Numbered from the stretch's first letter, positions 14,359 to 29,193 are shown. The stretch: 64,000 nucleotides of DNA from Eledone cirrhosa (GCA_964016885.1 OZ024741.1:185628001-185692000); one strand, 5' to 3'. The notes: generated by a model not told the origin, from the sequence alone. Translations and numbers: made by a program.

Positions 14359-14580
14359 AGTGAAGGCGTGTGGCTGAGTGGTTAGAGTATTGGATTCACA
14401 ATCGTGAGGTTGTGAGTTCGATTCCTGAACCAGGAGATGCGTTATGTCCTTGAGCAAGACACTTTATTTCACGTTGCTCCTTCTGGAGTTGCGACCGATA
14501 GATAGTATTAGCAATTGGAAAGACCAACGGAAACATAGTTTCCTCGGTCCGATTTGACGAAAGTCGATCGACTAGAATAT
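14359..14580 (+). mobile_element. tRNA-derived SINE, family 1
   Basis: gtgaaggcgtgtggctgagtggttagag..gagttcgattcc..ccttgagcaagacactt; tail matches the 18230 copy. Confidence 0.82.
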
Positions 14581-14729
14581 ATGGAGAAAATGGAAATAAG
14601 TTTCATTTCTCACTCTTAGTACGGCTGTTACTTAAATATATATATATGTTACTTATATATATATATATATATATATAAAGGAACTTGTTCTTTGTTTTTA
14701 TTTCATTGTTTTTATTAATTTATATATAC

Positions 14730-14794
<65 letters not shown>

Positions 14795-14795
14795 C

Positions 14796-14826
<31 letters not shown>

Positions 14827-14864
14827 CATATATATATACATATATATATATGTGTGTATATATA

Positions 14865-14931
<67 letters not shown>

Positions 14932-15163
14932 GGTTTATTTCATATAGGCATATATACAGATTATTCTAAGTGTGTTTTGGGCTTAAATTTAATATTTATA
15001 TATATAAATATATATATGTGTGTGTGTGTGTATGTGTGTGTGTGTGTGTATGTGTGTGTGGGTATGTGTGTGTGTGTGGGGGTATGTGCGTGTGTGTGTG
15101 TGTGTGGGTGTGTGGGTTTGGGTGTGTGGGTGTGGGTGTGTGTGTGTGTGAGTGTGTGGGTTT

Positions 15164-15204
<41 letters not shown>

Positions 15205-18143
15205 TGTGTGCCTGCTTACATATAAGTAAATGTCTAGATGTACATCTACATATGGCTCAGGTGGATAAGAACTTTAAAAAATCATGATTATAGTGTAATT
15301 CCAAAAACAATTATTTTCTGAGTTTGATTGATAGCTGAAATAAGAGAAAATATTCAAACTAAATTGTAACCTAGCACTCATTGGGACTCTGTGTTCTGAT
15401 CTGTTTATCATTTCATATGAAGGACGTAGAAACATTATCAGAAAGAGATTATAGTCTTTTTCCACAGATATTTCTTGGCGAAACTTCAAGATTCTATCCA
15501 TCTTCAAGTTGGCAAAATGTCAATATTTAGAGAATTTCTTTAAGCCTGATCAAGAGTGAAAAATTACATCTGTCGCTTGTCTCCCTTGGTAAAATAGTTC
15601 TTCGAAATGCTTATTTATTCATTTATTTGTATCATTTCTATCATTTCGAACAAAATTGCTTGAATTATGTGTTACAGTTCTTTATGTTATGATTTCAAAT
15701 CAGGCCGAAGTCAACTATGCCGTTCACTTTTCCATTGTCGATAAAATAAAGTCAAGTGCAGTGATCAATTTAATTATATCAGCCCAACTTAGGTTGTTGC
15801 TTGAATCGGTAAAGGAACAGACAAAATATCTTGTAATATTTGATTACGGCTGTTTAATTATTGTGTTCAAATGCAGTCATGGGTAACTTACACTTGGGTT
15901 CGATGAATAATCTTACCAGTCAAGTACAATTTAATATACTAACACAACCCCATAATATATGAAATTGAGTTTGTGTAAATAATTATTAGTGGTAAACAGA
16001 AAAGCATTGCTTAAGACGAGCTTAAAGTCTGACGGGTCCTTGACAATGTGTTCGACAAGAAAGTTGTGAGTTGGGGTTTTGCCTGTTCATGGTAATCTCA
16101 ATGAACATGTTGAGGCCGGCATCATCGGAAGGTTTCAGAGATACGTGCTGGGCGATGACATCTGTAGATCCGTACTTGTACAAATATTGCCGATGTGTAG
16201 TTTTATGTCGTATAACTGCTATCACTTGTGGGGTTTATCTAGCTCTTAACCGAGTTTTTAATGAAGACCAAATAATTTAGCGCGTTCAACTTATCATGGC
16301 GTGAAGACTTGGGCATATTTCGCATTACTTTAGGTAGAAATGAATTGGTTTGGTTTTGGAGTAGATATTTTTATAAATATTTAGAAAAAGAAATACTTTG
16401 AATTTTCTGTCCCCGCCGTTTTCCTTAACGGCCACGAGAATTTCCTTTGTGTCCGTTTTCGTATTTGAGGCTTAAGTAGACCTTTGTAATTCTCCTGTCC
16501 CAAGAATGGGGTACATTCACGTTATCAACAATGCTTTATTGTTGAATTACTTTTTAAATTCAAGTTATAAACATCATTTCACTATATCTTCTGACAACAA
16601 CATTCATCACACCTTAAAAATATTTACATTACACACACACACACACACATATATATACACACAATCACACAACATATATGGACAGACATATTTATAAATT
16701 TATTTATATTCATGTGTACATCTGTGTGTGTGTGTGTGTGTATGATTGTGTGCATGTGTATGCCTAGATTGTGATTTTGTATGCATGCAGAACTCTACTA
16801 AAGAATGAATTACAGTGGAGAGGTAGCCAATTGTTAATAAACTTATTTACATCCTCCATTATTATGGACTTAGTCCTTCCTTTCAGTTGTAATCTTCTCG
16901 AAAATGTATCATTTTGAGTACTATAAATATAATATAGAATATATATGTATGCATGTATATATATATATATACATATATACTCACACACACACACACATAT
17001 ATATATGTATATATGAACATACACATCATCCATATCTAAGGACTCCGTTTTAATGGATAATAGTTCAGCATTGTATACAGCATTCGTATATTATTTACAT
17101 TTCCTGTTGCGTTCTTCTCTTTGAATGCTGTATTGACTCGTTTGCTATGTGACGTCAAATTAGAAATGCAACTGGCCACTCTCACCACCACTGTCATCAC
17201 AACTCCGCCATTACCACCTGTAACACCACCAACACCATCTGTAGCAAGAACAGCCCCACCACCACCAGCAATCAAGCCTCATGCCCTTGTAAAACTATGT
17301 TTGTTGACGCTAACCAATAGATTGATGGACGGACTGGAGCCGCTGGACATAACATCCTTATACATATGTAATGCTATGTATTATGAGACAAGGAAATACA
17401 ATTAGAATATGAAAGGAACAAAGAAGAAAATGCATAATTAAAACGTCAGCAAGGCTGCACAATATATTATTAATTACTTATATAAAAGTAGTGAGATGTA
17501 GAACTGGTAGAATGTCCGACTAAATGCCTTACGGTATAACTTAACGTCCGTTTATATACTGAGCTCAGATCTCTGCCAAATCGAATTTGCATTTCAACTT
17601 TAAAGAAATTATGTCTCAATTCATATCTCCGATGGATCGAACTGTATTCTATTATGTAAAAAGCGTAAATTAGCAATAAGATTGAGATTGATAAAATATG
17701 TGCCTGGCTAAAATTAAAAACCTTATCGATATTATAGATTAAAAGATGTGAAGATGTGCACACTAGAGCCACACAATTCTCTAATCCGTAGACTGAAACA
17801 AGTACGTTTTTTTTTTATTAGTAACATTGTATTATGTCTTCATCAAATATATATGTAGACGTAAATATCAATGTACGGGGTTCGTGATTTGCGAAGGCAA
17901 GTAAATAGGAGAGTATCGGTTTATTGTATGCGTAGGCACGCATATCATAATGATAATAATTTAATTATTGTGCACCGTTGTTGTGTGATGATTTAAAAGA
18001 TAAATCATCAGCTATATGGCCTAATATTTTATCTAAATTAGACATCCACATCCCCAGTTTAGGTTAAGAGTATATATATACATATGTGTATATATATCCA
18101 TATTTTAAAGATAAATCTATAAAAATATTAGGCTATATGGCCT

Positions 18144-18229
<86 letters not shown>

Positions 18230-18231
<2 letters not shown>

Positions 18232-18450
18232 TGGAGGCGCGTGGCTGAGTGGTTAGAGGATTGGATTCACAATCCTGAGGTTGTGAGTTCGATTCCCGAA
18301 CCGGGTGATGCGTTATGTCCTTGAGCAAGACACTTTATTTCACGTTGCTCCTTCTACCTGGAGTTGCGACCGATATATAGTATTAGCAATTTGAAAGACC
18401 GACGGAAACATTGTTTCTTCGGTCTGATTTGACGAAAGTCGATCGACTGT
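18230..18450 (+). mobile_element. tRNA-derived SINE, family 1
   Basis: Close match to 14359-14580; lies within (TA)n. Confidence 0.82.
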
Positions 18451-18452
18451 CG

Positions 18453-18504
<52 letters not shown>

Positions 18505-18738
18505 TAAAATAACAGATTAAAGTTTAAGCAAAGAATCGCTGCTTTCACCCTTAACGGGATCTTCTGCAACTAACAAAGTCAATCTGTAAACGCAGAAGTG
18601 GATATTTCAAAAAACGTTGCAACCGGAGGAAGACAGGAAGACGATACTTAGGTTCGTGGTAACGTTCGCTATGCAAATAAGTAATGGTATAAACAAAACA
18701 TATACTTAGCTCCCACATCAAGACGTAAAATATCCACG

Positions 18739-18790
<52 letters not shown>

Positions 18791-18809
18791 TATATATATA
18801 AATATATAG

Positions 18810-18844
<35 letters not shown>

Positions 18845-18913
18845 CATATATATGTACATATATATGTACATATATACATATATATGTACATATATATGTA
18901 CATATATATGTAC

Positions 18914-18948
<35 letters not shown>

Positions 18949-18959
18949 CATATATGTAC

Positions 18960-19076
<117 letters not shown>

Positions 19077-19087
19077 AAAAAAAACTC

Positions 19088-19652
19088 GGGGAGGGTCATA
19101 TTTGTGTAATATTGCCAGAATTAATAACAGAACACACTCACTGTTTGGTTGGTTTTCGCTTTTCGCTTCTGTGTCTTTTATATCGGTTAATTTAATTTAT
19201 TCGGTCCTCAATGTTGCCATTAATTGACCAACGGTCAAAAATACAGATACAATATAGACACAAACACATATATATATAGTCTATCAAAGTTCTTTCGTTG
19301 CACATCTGCAGATGGCGTAGAAAATACAATGCAACGCGAGGAAACAATAGCACCACTGATGATGTTGCAGATGTGCAACGAAAGAACGTTGATAGACTAT
19401 ATATATATGTGTTTGTGTCTATATTGTATCTGTATTTTTTACGGTTGGTCAGTCAATGGCAACATTGAGGACCGAATAAATTAAATTAACCGATATAAAA
19501 GACACAGAAGCGAAAAGCGAAAACCAACCAAACATTGAGTGTGTTCTGTTATTAATTCTGGCAATATTACACAAATATGACCCTCCTCAATATTTGTTTC
19601 GACAATATTTGTTTTGACACACGATTTCATATCAAAGACCTCGCAAAACTAA
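19088..19652. mobile_element. Fold-back pLTR remnant, PLE family A' with HHR motif at ~19351-19393 (+)
   Basis: 19090-19313 is inverted at 19365-19586. cacca CTGATGA t gttgca gatg tgcaac GAAA gaac. The terminal sequence resembles family A. Further copies at 25168-25460, 29960-30330 and 37868-38032. Confidence 0.75.
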
Positions 19653-19686
19653 TATATATACATATATATATACATATATAAATATA

Positions 19687-19814
<128 letters not shown>

Positions 19815-19816
19815 CT

Positions 19817-19893
<77 letters not shown>

Positions 19894-20008
19894 ACATATA
19901 TATATATATACATATACACATATATAACATATATATATGTATATATATATATATATATAAATATATATACATATATACATATATATAGATATATATATGT
20001 ATATATAT

Positions 20009-20054
<46 letters not shown>

Positions 20055-20090
20055 CATAAGATCAAAAGATGGTTAAATGAGTTCCATATA

Positions 20091-20157
20091 TTTTATTATG
20101 CGCATTTCAAAAACAAACATCATCAAGCAATAATATTTGTGTTTTCATCAGATAAAA
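20091..20157 (-). ncRNA. Type I hammerhead ribozyme (family C)
   Basis: Reverse complement of 20266-20332. Confidence 0.8.
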
Positions 20158-20265
20158 CAGGAGAACATGATATGAAGGCTAAAAAACACTTGTTGATAGT
20201 GCAGTTTTAAATCAACAACTGCACTATCAACAAGTGTTTTTTAGCCTTCATATCATGTTCTCCTG

Positions 20266-20332
20266 TTTTATCTGATGAAAACACAAATATTATTGCTTGA
20301 TGATGTTTGTTTTTGAAATGCGCATAATAAAA
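20266..20332 (+). ncRNA. Type I hammerhead ribozyme (family C)
   Basis: TTTTAT-CTGATGA-aaacacaaatatta..tgatgtttgttttt-GAAA-TGCGCA-TA-ATAAAA; palindromic stem III ATGCGCAT. Confidence 0.82.
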
Positions 20333-20455
20333 TATATGGAACTCCTTTAACCATCTTTTGATCTTATATTATGCATACTCCAGTCCCACAAACTGTAGAG
20401 TGCTTCTTATCCGATATCTGCATTGCCTTATTGTACTACAATAAAACTCACCTCC

Positions 20456-20498
<43 letters not shown>

Positions 20499-20687
20499 TT
20501 ATATATATGTATATATATATATAGTGACGAAACAGAAGTCAATTGCATGAACTCATAATCCTTTATTTACTGCTATATATATATTGGGATGATAGCCATT
20601 GAATGGCTATGACCTCATCAGGCAGTTAGTCAGTTCTTAGACATGCCACCTCTGTGTCTATAGTGTTGATGGTATCAGAGCCTTGGG

Positions 20688-20718
<31 letters not shown>

Positions 20719-21184
20719 TTAAACTCACATACAACATAAAATCCAGCATTCAAATAATTCTATTGAATAGGTTAGGATTTTTACAAACCCAAACTTTTAA
20801 CTGTTTAATAGTACTTTTTTTATTTATTTGGGACCTAAGCAACACAAAAAAATGATTACAACCCAGGAGCAGTGAGGAACGGTGTAATCAACGAACCATA
20901 TAAACTTTGGTTATATATATGTATGCATATGTGTGTATATATATATATATATTACGTAACTGTCTTTATCCCATTGCAGAAACTAATTAGTTGGAGTGAA
21001 AATTTAAGTAAGTAAGTTAATTATTTAAAAAATTTTTTTTAAAGTTTTCTTATTTTACGTCATTTATATTATTGTTCTGCATCCTCCTGCATTGAACCAC
21101 CTAGGTACTATGACATAACCTGTGTATTTGCTGGCATTAGCGTACATCTGTGCGCTTATGTTAGTAGATATATTAAATTATCTC

Positions 21185-21258
<74 letters not shown>

Positions 21259-21274
21259 AAATTAAAATAAATAA

Positions 21275-21480
21275 GTCAAATATTTAAAATTTTGCTTCGT
21301 TTATTACTGCTATATATATTTCGGTGACAGCCATCTTAGGGTCTGTCACCTGTCACCTCTTCAGGCAGTCCGAATTATGTGGTAGAGACGAGTACCTGAA
21401 GCGGTCACAGCCAGAGAGGGCTGTCGCCGAAATATATATAGCAGTAATAAACGAAGCCAAATTTTAAATATTTGACTTAT
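21275..21480. mobile_element. Fold-back repeat, family D, with HHR (21306-21369 on -, degenerate copy at 21393-21445 on +)
   Basis: Minus strand reads ACTGC-CTGAAGA-ggtgacag..ctgtcacc-GAAA-TATATA-TA-GCAGT. A degenerate relative lies at ~20568-20626. Confidence 0.75.
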
Positions 21481-22133
21481 ATATTTTCATTTATTTTACA
21501 TTACTCCGGAGTAACCAAACCAAACTGATCACGTCGTCGAGTGCTCCTATCTGCATACTGAGGGGTCGGTAAACGACCAACATATACTCAAAATATATAT
21601 ATATATATTTTTTTTAGTATATAAGGGTGTGTGGCTGCAAGATTTTGTGGTGTTTGCTTGCGATTGTGTGTATGTGTGTGCGTGCATATTTTTCTGCGTG
21701 TGTGTGCTTGTATAAATGTGTGTGTGTGCATGTACGACAGGAGTTTCTGTGATTAGAATCATTCCATTCAAGACAACCTTGTCTTTTTCAGTATATAACT
21801 ACTGTAGATCGTAATATCTCCTTATAAATACATTTATATGCCATGGATTAGACGAGTGTCTAAGTAAATGACTTGCAGTATTACTTAATTTACTGATTTC
21901 AGAGATTTTGCGATGACGAATATAATTCGCCCTTCCAGAAACGATGGAATAAATATCTCTCTATCACCCATCTCTCCCTCTCATCTCCTTCCCTTTTCAT
22001 CCTTCCCCCCCCCCTCTCTCTAAATAAAATATTTTTCCCAATATCACACATCAATCTAAAACCACTTTTCATATGTTGATTTAAAACTGCACTATCCACA
22101 AGTGTTTTTTAGCCTTCATATCATGTTCTCCTG

Positions 22134-22200
22134 TTTTATCTGATGAAAACACAAATATTATTGCTTGATGATGTTTGTTTTTGAAATGCGCATAATAAAA
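22134..22200 (+). ncRNA. Type I hammerhead ribozyme (family C)
   Basis: Identical motif to 20266-20332. Confidence 0.82.
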
Positions 22201-22352
22201 TATATGGAACTCCTTTAACCATCTTTTGATCTTATATTATGCATACTCCAGTCCCACAAACTGTAGAGTGCTTCTTATCCGATATTTCCACTGCTTTATT
22301 GTACTACAATAAAACTCACCTCCTACATATATATATATATATATATATATTT

Positions 22353-23079
22353 AGTTTCTGAATTTGTTTAGCAAGATTCTTTATCTGAAAACGTGTGTTG
22401 AAACCGATATTGTTATGCTTTGGGAGGGTCATGTTGCCAATAAGAAACACACGCACCAAGTGCTTTCGCTCCAATTTATTATAAATTAAATTTATAGATT
22501 TAAGAATTTATAAATTTCCGGTTGGTTGGTTGCTTCCATAACCAGACGGTTGTTCATATATTTTCAAAGTTATTTCGTCACACATTCTGTGACCTCTTCA
22601 GGGACTGGGGATTATTTTCTTTGTTTTGTCCCTCTCCTTTGTTCTGTCCTACGCCATCTTGTTTTTGTGTGTTGTGTGCTTAGTTTGCGCATGTGATACA
22701 TAGTTATGTGTTTATTTACATGTTACTGGTTGGTTGTTTGTTCTATGTGTGTGTGTGTTTTCATTTTGTACTTAATTGTAAGTTGTGATGTTGCTATTCC
22801 ATTCATGTTTTCTATTTAATTTTGGTTGGAGTTCATTTATGTTTATTGCCTCTGTGATTTGTCTAAACATTGCGTCTTTTCTGTGTGTAGATTCTATTTT
22901 TATTTCTATGTTCTCTAATCTGCCCTTATGACGAAAGTACTTTGACAATATATGAACCACCGTCCGGTTATGGAACCAACCAACCGGAAATTTAAAAATT
23001 CTTAAATTTATAAATTTAATTGGATTGAACGAAACTGGTTCGTCTGTTTCTTATTGGCAACATGATCCTCCCAAAGCAG

Positions 23080-23123
<44 letters not shown>

Positions 23124-23212
23124 GGTCACAGAATGTGTGACGAAAGAACTTTGACAATATATGAACAACCGTCCGGTTATGGAAACAACCAACCAACCGG
23201 AAATTTATGAAT
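22353..23212 (-). mobile_element. 5'-truncated PLE family A: pLTR, GIY-YIG C-terminus and inverted pLTR pieces
   Basis: The minus-strand ORF ends HKGRLENIEIKIESTHRKDAMFRQITEAININELQPKLNRKHEWNS (22772-22930). HHR remnants at 22563-22605 (-) and 23121-23156 (+). Confidence 0.8.
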
Positions 23213-23422
23213 TCCACTTCACCCTTATATATATATATAAGGGTGAAGTGGTTTGTGCTTGTACATATATGAGTGCAATTGTTAATTTGCATATATATAA
23301 GTTTGTTTTCTTTTCATTAATACTGATATATGCACACATACTCACACATACTCACACACACACATATATATATATACATACATATGTGTATGTAAGTATA
23401 TATAAATATATATATATATGTG

Positions 23423-23502
<80 letters not shown>

Positions 23503-23696
23503 TATACATATATATATATATACCCACACAGACACACACACAAACACACACACACATATATATATATATATGTATATATATAAGTATAAATAATAAACTT
23601 TCAAGATCAATACAATGTTTCAATGGAGTCTCAGACACTAAACACCTCATTATTTTATCGTTTGCTCCTGTATTGAAGTTTTTGTTGGTTCGGTAG

Positions 23697-24555
23697 ATAA
23701 TTGTTTCTACTTTTGGCACAAGGCCAGCAATTATTTCAGTGTATTACTGGTACTTTATTTTATCGACCCCGTAAGGATGAAAGGCAAAGTTAACCTCGGC
23801 AGGATTCGAACTCAGATCGTAAAGGGCCATAACTCTATGCTGAAAAGCATGTTGTCTGACGTTCCACCGATACTGCTAATCCGCCGCCACTCAGTATCGT
23901 TAGAGGCTCGGATATCATGTTCTGCAGCATAGAGTTACGGCCCTTTACGATCTGAGTTCAAATCCCACCGACGTTAGCTTTACCTTTCATCCTTACGCGA
24001 TCGATAAAATAAAGCACCAGTAATACATTAGGGTCATTGCTGGTCTTGTGCCAAAATTAAAAACAATTATGTGATAATAATAATAATGGCAATAATAGTG
24101 ATAATAATAAAAAGGCAAATAATGGTAATAATTGTTTATATTTTTGGCACAAGGCCAGCAAATACCCAGTGCATTACTGGTACTTTATTTTATCGACCCC
24201 GTAAGGAGGAAAGGCAAAGTTAATCTCGGCGGGTTTTGAAATCAGAATGAAAAGGGCCGTAACTCTGTGCATCAAATCATGCCGTCCGACCCTCTACCGA
24301 TACTGCCAATCCACTTCTTTATTGACCACAAGGGCTAACACGAAGAAAAACATTACAGCACATAATTGTTTCTACTTTAGGCACAAGGCCAGCAATTAAC
24401 CAGTGCATTACTGGTACTTTATTTTATCGACCCCGTAAGGATGAAAGGCAAAGTCAACCTCAGCGGGATTTGAACTCAGATCGTAAAGGGACGTAACTAT
24501 GCTGGAAAGCATGGCGTCCGACCCTCTACCGATACTGCCAATCCACCGCCCTTAC
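23697..24555. mobile_element. Cluster of four SINE family 2 copies (23697-23890 -, 23890-24068 +, 24128-24315 -, 24363-24555 -)
   Basis: Each copy has tatcgaccccgtaaggatgaaaggcaaagt..gaactcag or its reverse complement. Confidence 0.82.
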
Positions 24556-25167
24556 AGCACATAATAGTAAAAATTATATATTGAAAAGAAAATACTATAT
24601 AATATCTCTACTTACAACTAGTTTAAGAAATATCAACATTAACAAGTAGAATACCAGTAAAGGCAACAAGTGGAAGACAATAACCAAAAGCTAGGTTATC
24701 GGCAATAAACAGCAGACATCATCAATAAACAACAAAAGTGAAACTGCGTGGTTATTATTAATGCTACAATCTTCCCCAAGTAGGACATGTACACAGATAA
24801 AATAATATAATAATAAAAGATGCTCTTTCAGTACTTCAAATACGTATATGAATATGTGATTACAAATATACATACATGCATGCATACGTACATCCATACA
24901 TACGTACATACATTCATACATACATACATGCGTGCATGCACACATACATCAATACATACATATATACAAACACATACATATATGTCTATATATCTATATA
25001 TTTGGTGGGGGAGATACTCATAAACATATTCGTGTATACACACATATATATATATATATGAATATATATGTAAATATATATGTTTGTGTTTGTATACGTA
25101 AGTATATTTACATACACACACCCATATATATATATAAATGTATATATATATATGTGTATATATATAT

Positions 25168-25460
25168 GGGGAGGGTCATATTTGTGTCATATTGCCAGAA
25201 TTAATAACAGAACACACTCACTGTTTGGTTGGTTTTCGCTTCTCGCTGTCTTTTATATCGGTAATCTAACTTACTCGGTCCTCAATGTTGCCATTGACTG
25301 ACCGACGGTCAAAAATAATACAGATACAATATAGACCAACCAAACAGTGAGTGTGTTCTGTTATTAATTCTGGCAATATTACACAAATATGACCCTCCCC
25401 AAGTATAACAATACTTGTTTCGATACACGATTTCATATAAAAAACCTCGCAAAGCTAATA
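25168..25460. mobile_element. Fold-back pLTR remnant, PLE family A'
   Basis: 25168-25232 is inverted at 25337-25400. Matches 19088-19652. Confidence 0.75.
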
Positions 25461-25543
25461 TATATATATATATATATACGCTTATATATTATATATATAT
25501 ACATGTGTATGCCCGTATATATACACACACTCACACACACACA

Positions 25544-25657
<114 letters not shown>

Positions 25658-25730
25658 CATTGATACTTACGTGTATACAAACCCATTCACCCGTGAAAAA
25701 CAGATATAAAAATATGATTGCTTATATATA

Positions 25731-25912
25731 TAATTGTTTCTACTTTAGGCACAAGGCCAGAAATTAACCAGTGCATTAGTGGTACTTTATTTTATCGACC
25801 CCGTAAGGATGAAAGGCAAAGTTAACCTCGGCGGGATTTGAACTCAGACTGTAAATGGACGTAACTATGCTAGAAAGCATGGCGTCCAACCCTCTACCGA
25901 TACTGCCAATTC
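25731..25912 (-). mobile_element. SINE family 2 (short form)
   Basis: Near-identical to 24363-24555. Confidence 0.82.
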
Positions 25913-25966
25913 CCTTGCATATATATATAATGAGAGAGAGAAAGAGAGAGTGAGTGAGAGAGTGGA

Positions 25967-26005
<39 letters not shown>

Positions 26006-26015
26006 GAGAGAGAGC

Positions 26016-26069
<54 letters not shown>

Positions 26070-26555
26070 TGGATATATAAATAGGTTTATTCATGTAAAC
26101 ATTACTTACGCAAATATATATGAATGTAGGTTTGCATGTATATGTGAATGTATGTGTGCGTATGTATTTATGTACGTTTGTATGTATGAATGTATATATG
26201 CATGTTTGTATGTAGATATGTATGTAGCGTATACACACTCACTTTAATAACATTTAGAACAAATTTGTTTTCCGAAATCACAATTTGAATTCTCAATCTC
26301 CTAGTTTTCTTTCATTATCAGTGCAACACAATATTTTACAGGCACAAATGTTTGTGATTCATCTACCCTCAGGGGAGATAATAGTGAAATATTGCAGTAA
26401 TTTACACAATGTTTCACTAAGCATTCACAATTGGAAATGTTTGTTTTCCCAACGCCATCTAAGATAGCTCTTGAAATTTCTATATTTTTGTTTTATTTTA
26501 TATGACAAAATCACTTAGAACACGTTTTTGAAAAAAAGATGTCAGCCTGGCTGCC

Positions 26556-26920
26556 TATGTATGTATGTATGTATGTATGTATGTATGTATGTATGTATGT
26601 ATGTATGTATGTATGTATGTATGTATGTATGTATGCATGTATGTATGTATGTATGCATGTATGTATGTATGTATGTATGCATGCATGTATGTATGTATTA
26701 TGTATGTATGTATGTATGTATGTATGCATGTATGTATGTATTTATGTATGCATGCATGTATGTATGTATGTATGTATGTATGTATGTATGTATATGTGTA
26801 TGTATGTATGTATGTATGTATGTGTATGTATGTATGTATGTATGTATGTATGTATGTATGCATGCATGTATGTATGTGTTTATGTATGTATGTATGTATT
26901 ATGTATGTATGTATGTATGT
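26556..26920. repeat. (TATG)n tetranucleotide microsatellite
   Basis: Direct inspection. Confidence 0.97.
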
Positions 26921-27030
26921 GATTAATTTTACGTCAGTATACATTTGTGTATATGTGTGAATGTGTGAATATATATATATAGATATAATTAACTGTGCGT
27001 CTGCCTGTATCTCTCCATCTCCAGCATTCT

Positions 27031-27070
<40 letters not shown>

Positions 27071-27106
27071 AGAGAAAGAGTGAGAGGGAGAGAGTTAGAT
27101 AGATAG

Positions 27107-27151
<45 letters not shown>

Positions 27152-27166
27152 TATATATATATATAG

Positions 27167-27215
<49 letters not shown>

Positions 27216-27764
27216 AAGAAAGATAGATAGAAGATAGAAACAACTTCAGCTGTCACGAGACAAATCTGAGGACACGCGCCGTCAGTAACCTAGTTATGCT
27301 AATAATATTTTCAATGTAGTCAGAAAGACACCAGGTTTGTGGGGAGGGGAAAATTGAATGAAACGACCCCAGTGGCTGGTACTGTATTTTATTGGCCCCC
27401 TGTAGTATGTAAAGCTAAGTAGAACTCTGCGGTATTTGATCTCAAAATTTAAAGAGCTGGGGAAAATATTGCAAGTCATATTCTCTGATGCTCTAACGAG
27501 AATACCAATAATCAACAATGAGACAAAAAACACTAAACTTACAGCAAACCCTACATTCTTACAGAAAATATAAGACATAATAGAGAAAATATATATAAAG
27601 AATAAATAATTAAACACAACTAAGAATTTTGGAAAAATGAGTAATGCATGGTTAAAAGGAACTCATTGCAATTAAGTAGTTCCGGGTTCCAACCTCCACT
27701 CTGATCTAGACCAATGTTTTGTAAGTGGAATTTGTAAGCTAGAAACTGTACAGGAAGCAATCAC

Positions 27765-27806
<42 letters not shown>

Positions 27807-27810
<4 letters not shown>

Positions 27811-28876
27811 GGGAATCAGTAAAATCGAATCTCTGGCGGTTTGCAAGTGGATTCTGCCTACTTATATGAAATGATGAGTTAGCAAAGCACTCGATAAGAT
27901 AGGTCCTTAGAGTAATAGCATACGTTTAAAAAGCCTGACAAATCGAACATTGTGGTAGGCTAAAGTAACACACAATATGTATACCAGAGCAACGATAGCA
28001 CAAATCAGGTTGAGAAAAAGTACACCTAGACAAATTAGACGAATAGACGTCTAAGACAAATTAGACGAATAGACGTTTAAAGTGTTTCTCTGAATCCAAA
28101 ATCAAATATCCGACTTACTTGTAAGGCAAGCTCCTGGCAATTGATGACCGAACGTTGGATTCAATTTTTCAACAGATTTATCGTACTTCCTGGGATGGGA
28201 GTGATAAATTATATGTTGCTGCAATAAGCTGCTAATCGAATCTATAATTATCACGTGCAAATTCCGGTAAGAGAAATAACCCCGGTCCCAGGCGGTTATT
28301 CAAAAAGTTAGCGAAAAAGGAAATATTTAAAATTCTCGCTAAATAAGCTCTCGACTAGATGTTATAAAACAAACACTAATAATTAACCAATCAACGAAAT
28401 TGTCTAATTAAATTAATTAGTTAACTATTAAATCTAGGAGAATAATATAATTTGGAATCAGTAAAATCGAATCTCTGGCGGTTTGCAAGTGGATTCTGCC
28501 TACTTACATGAAATGATGAGTTAGTAAAGCACTCGATAAGATAGGTCCTTAGAGTAATAACATAGGTTTAAAAAGCTTGACAAATCGAACATTGTGGTAG
28601 GCTAAACTAACACACAATATGTATACCAGAGCAACGATAGCACAAATCAGGTTGAGAAAAAGTACACCTGGACAAATTAGACGAATAGACGTTTAAGACA
28701 AATTAGAGGAATAGACGTTTAAAGTGTTTCTCTGAATCCAAAATCAAATATCCAACTTACTTGTAAGGCAAGCCCCTGGCAATTGATGACCGAACGTTGG
28801 ATTCAATTTGTCAACAGGTTTATCGTTCTTCCTGGGATGAAAGTGATAAATTATATGTTGCTGCAATAAGCTGCTA
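27807..28876. repeat. Partial tandem duplication (period 642 bp) flanked by (TA)n, unknown family
   Basis: gaatcagtaaaatcgaatctctggcgg occurs at 27813 and 28455, and similarity runs ~420 bp to gcaataagctgcta. Confidence 0.85.
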
Positions 28877-29103
28877 TATATATATATATATATATACATA
28901 TAAGGAAAAAAGATGAAATCGAAAATGCAACTGGAGTCTTTTCTTTTTTAAATATATATTTATTTGGTCCCTTTACCGGTTTCGCAGTTCTTCTGCTTTT
29001 CAAAAGTAGAATTGAGATGGAGGGTCTGTGGTTTTCCCATACACACACAGACACACACATATATACACACACCCACATACACACACACATATATACACAC
29101 ACC

Positions 29104-29189
<86 letters not shown>

Positions 29190-29193
<4 letters not shown>

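Larger units (their letters stand above)
20056..20460. mobile_element. Fold-back pLTR remnant, family C
   Basis: 20056-20208 is inverted at 20217-20367. A direct copy lies at 22070-22328. (TA)n flanks. Confidence 0.8.

Noticed and set aside
14359-14432. tRNA gene
   Set aside because: A and B boxes continue into a shared SINE body in several diverged copies; this is a SINE head, not a tRNA.
16000-16510. GC-richer unique stretch that might be a host exon or TE remnant
   Set aside because: Only short ORFs and no motif I can recognise; needs BLASTX.
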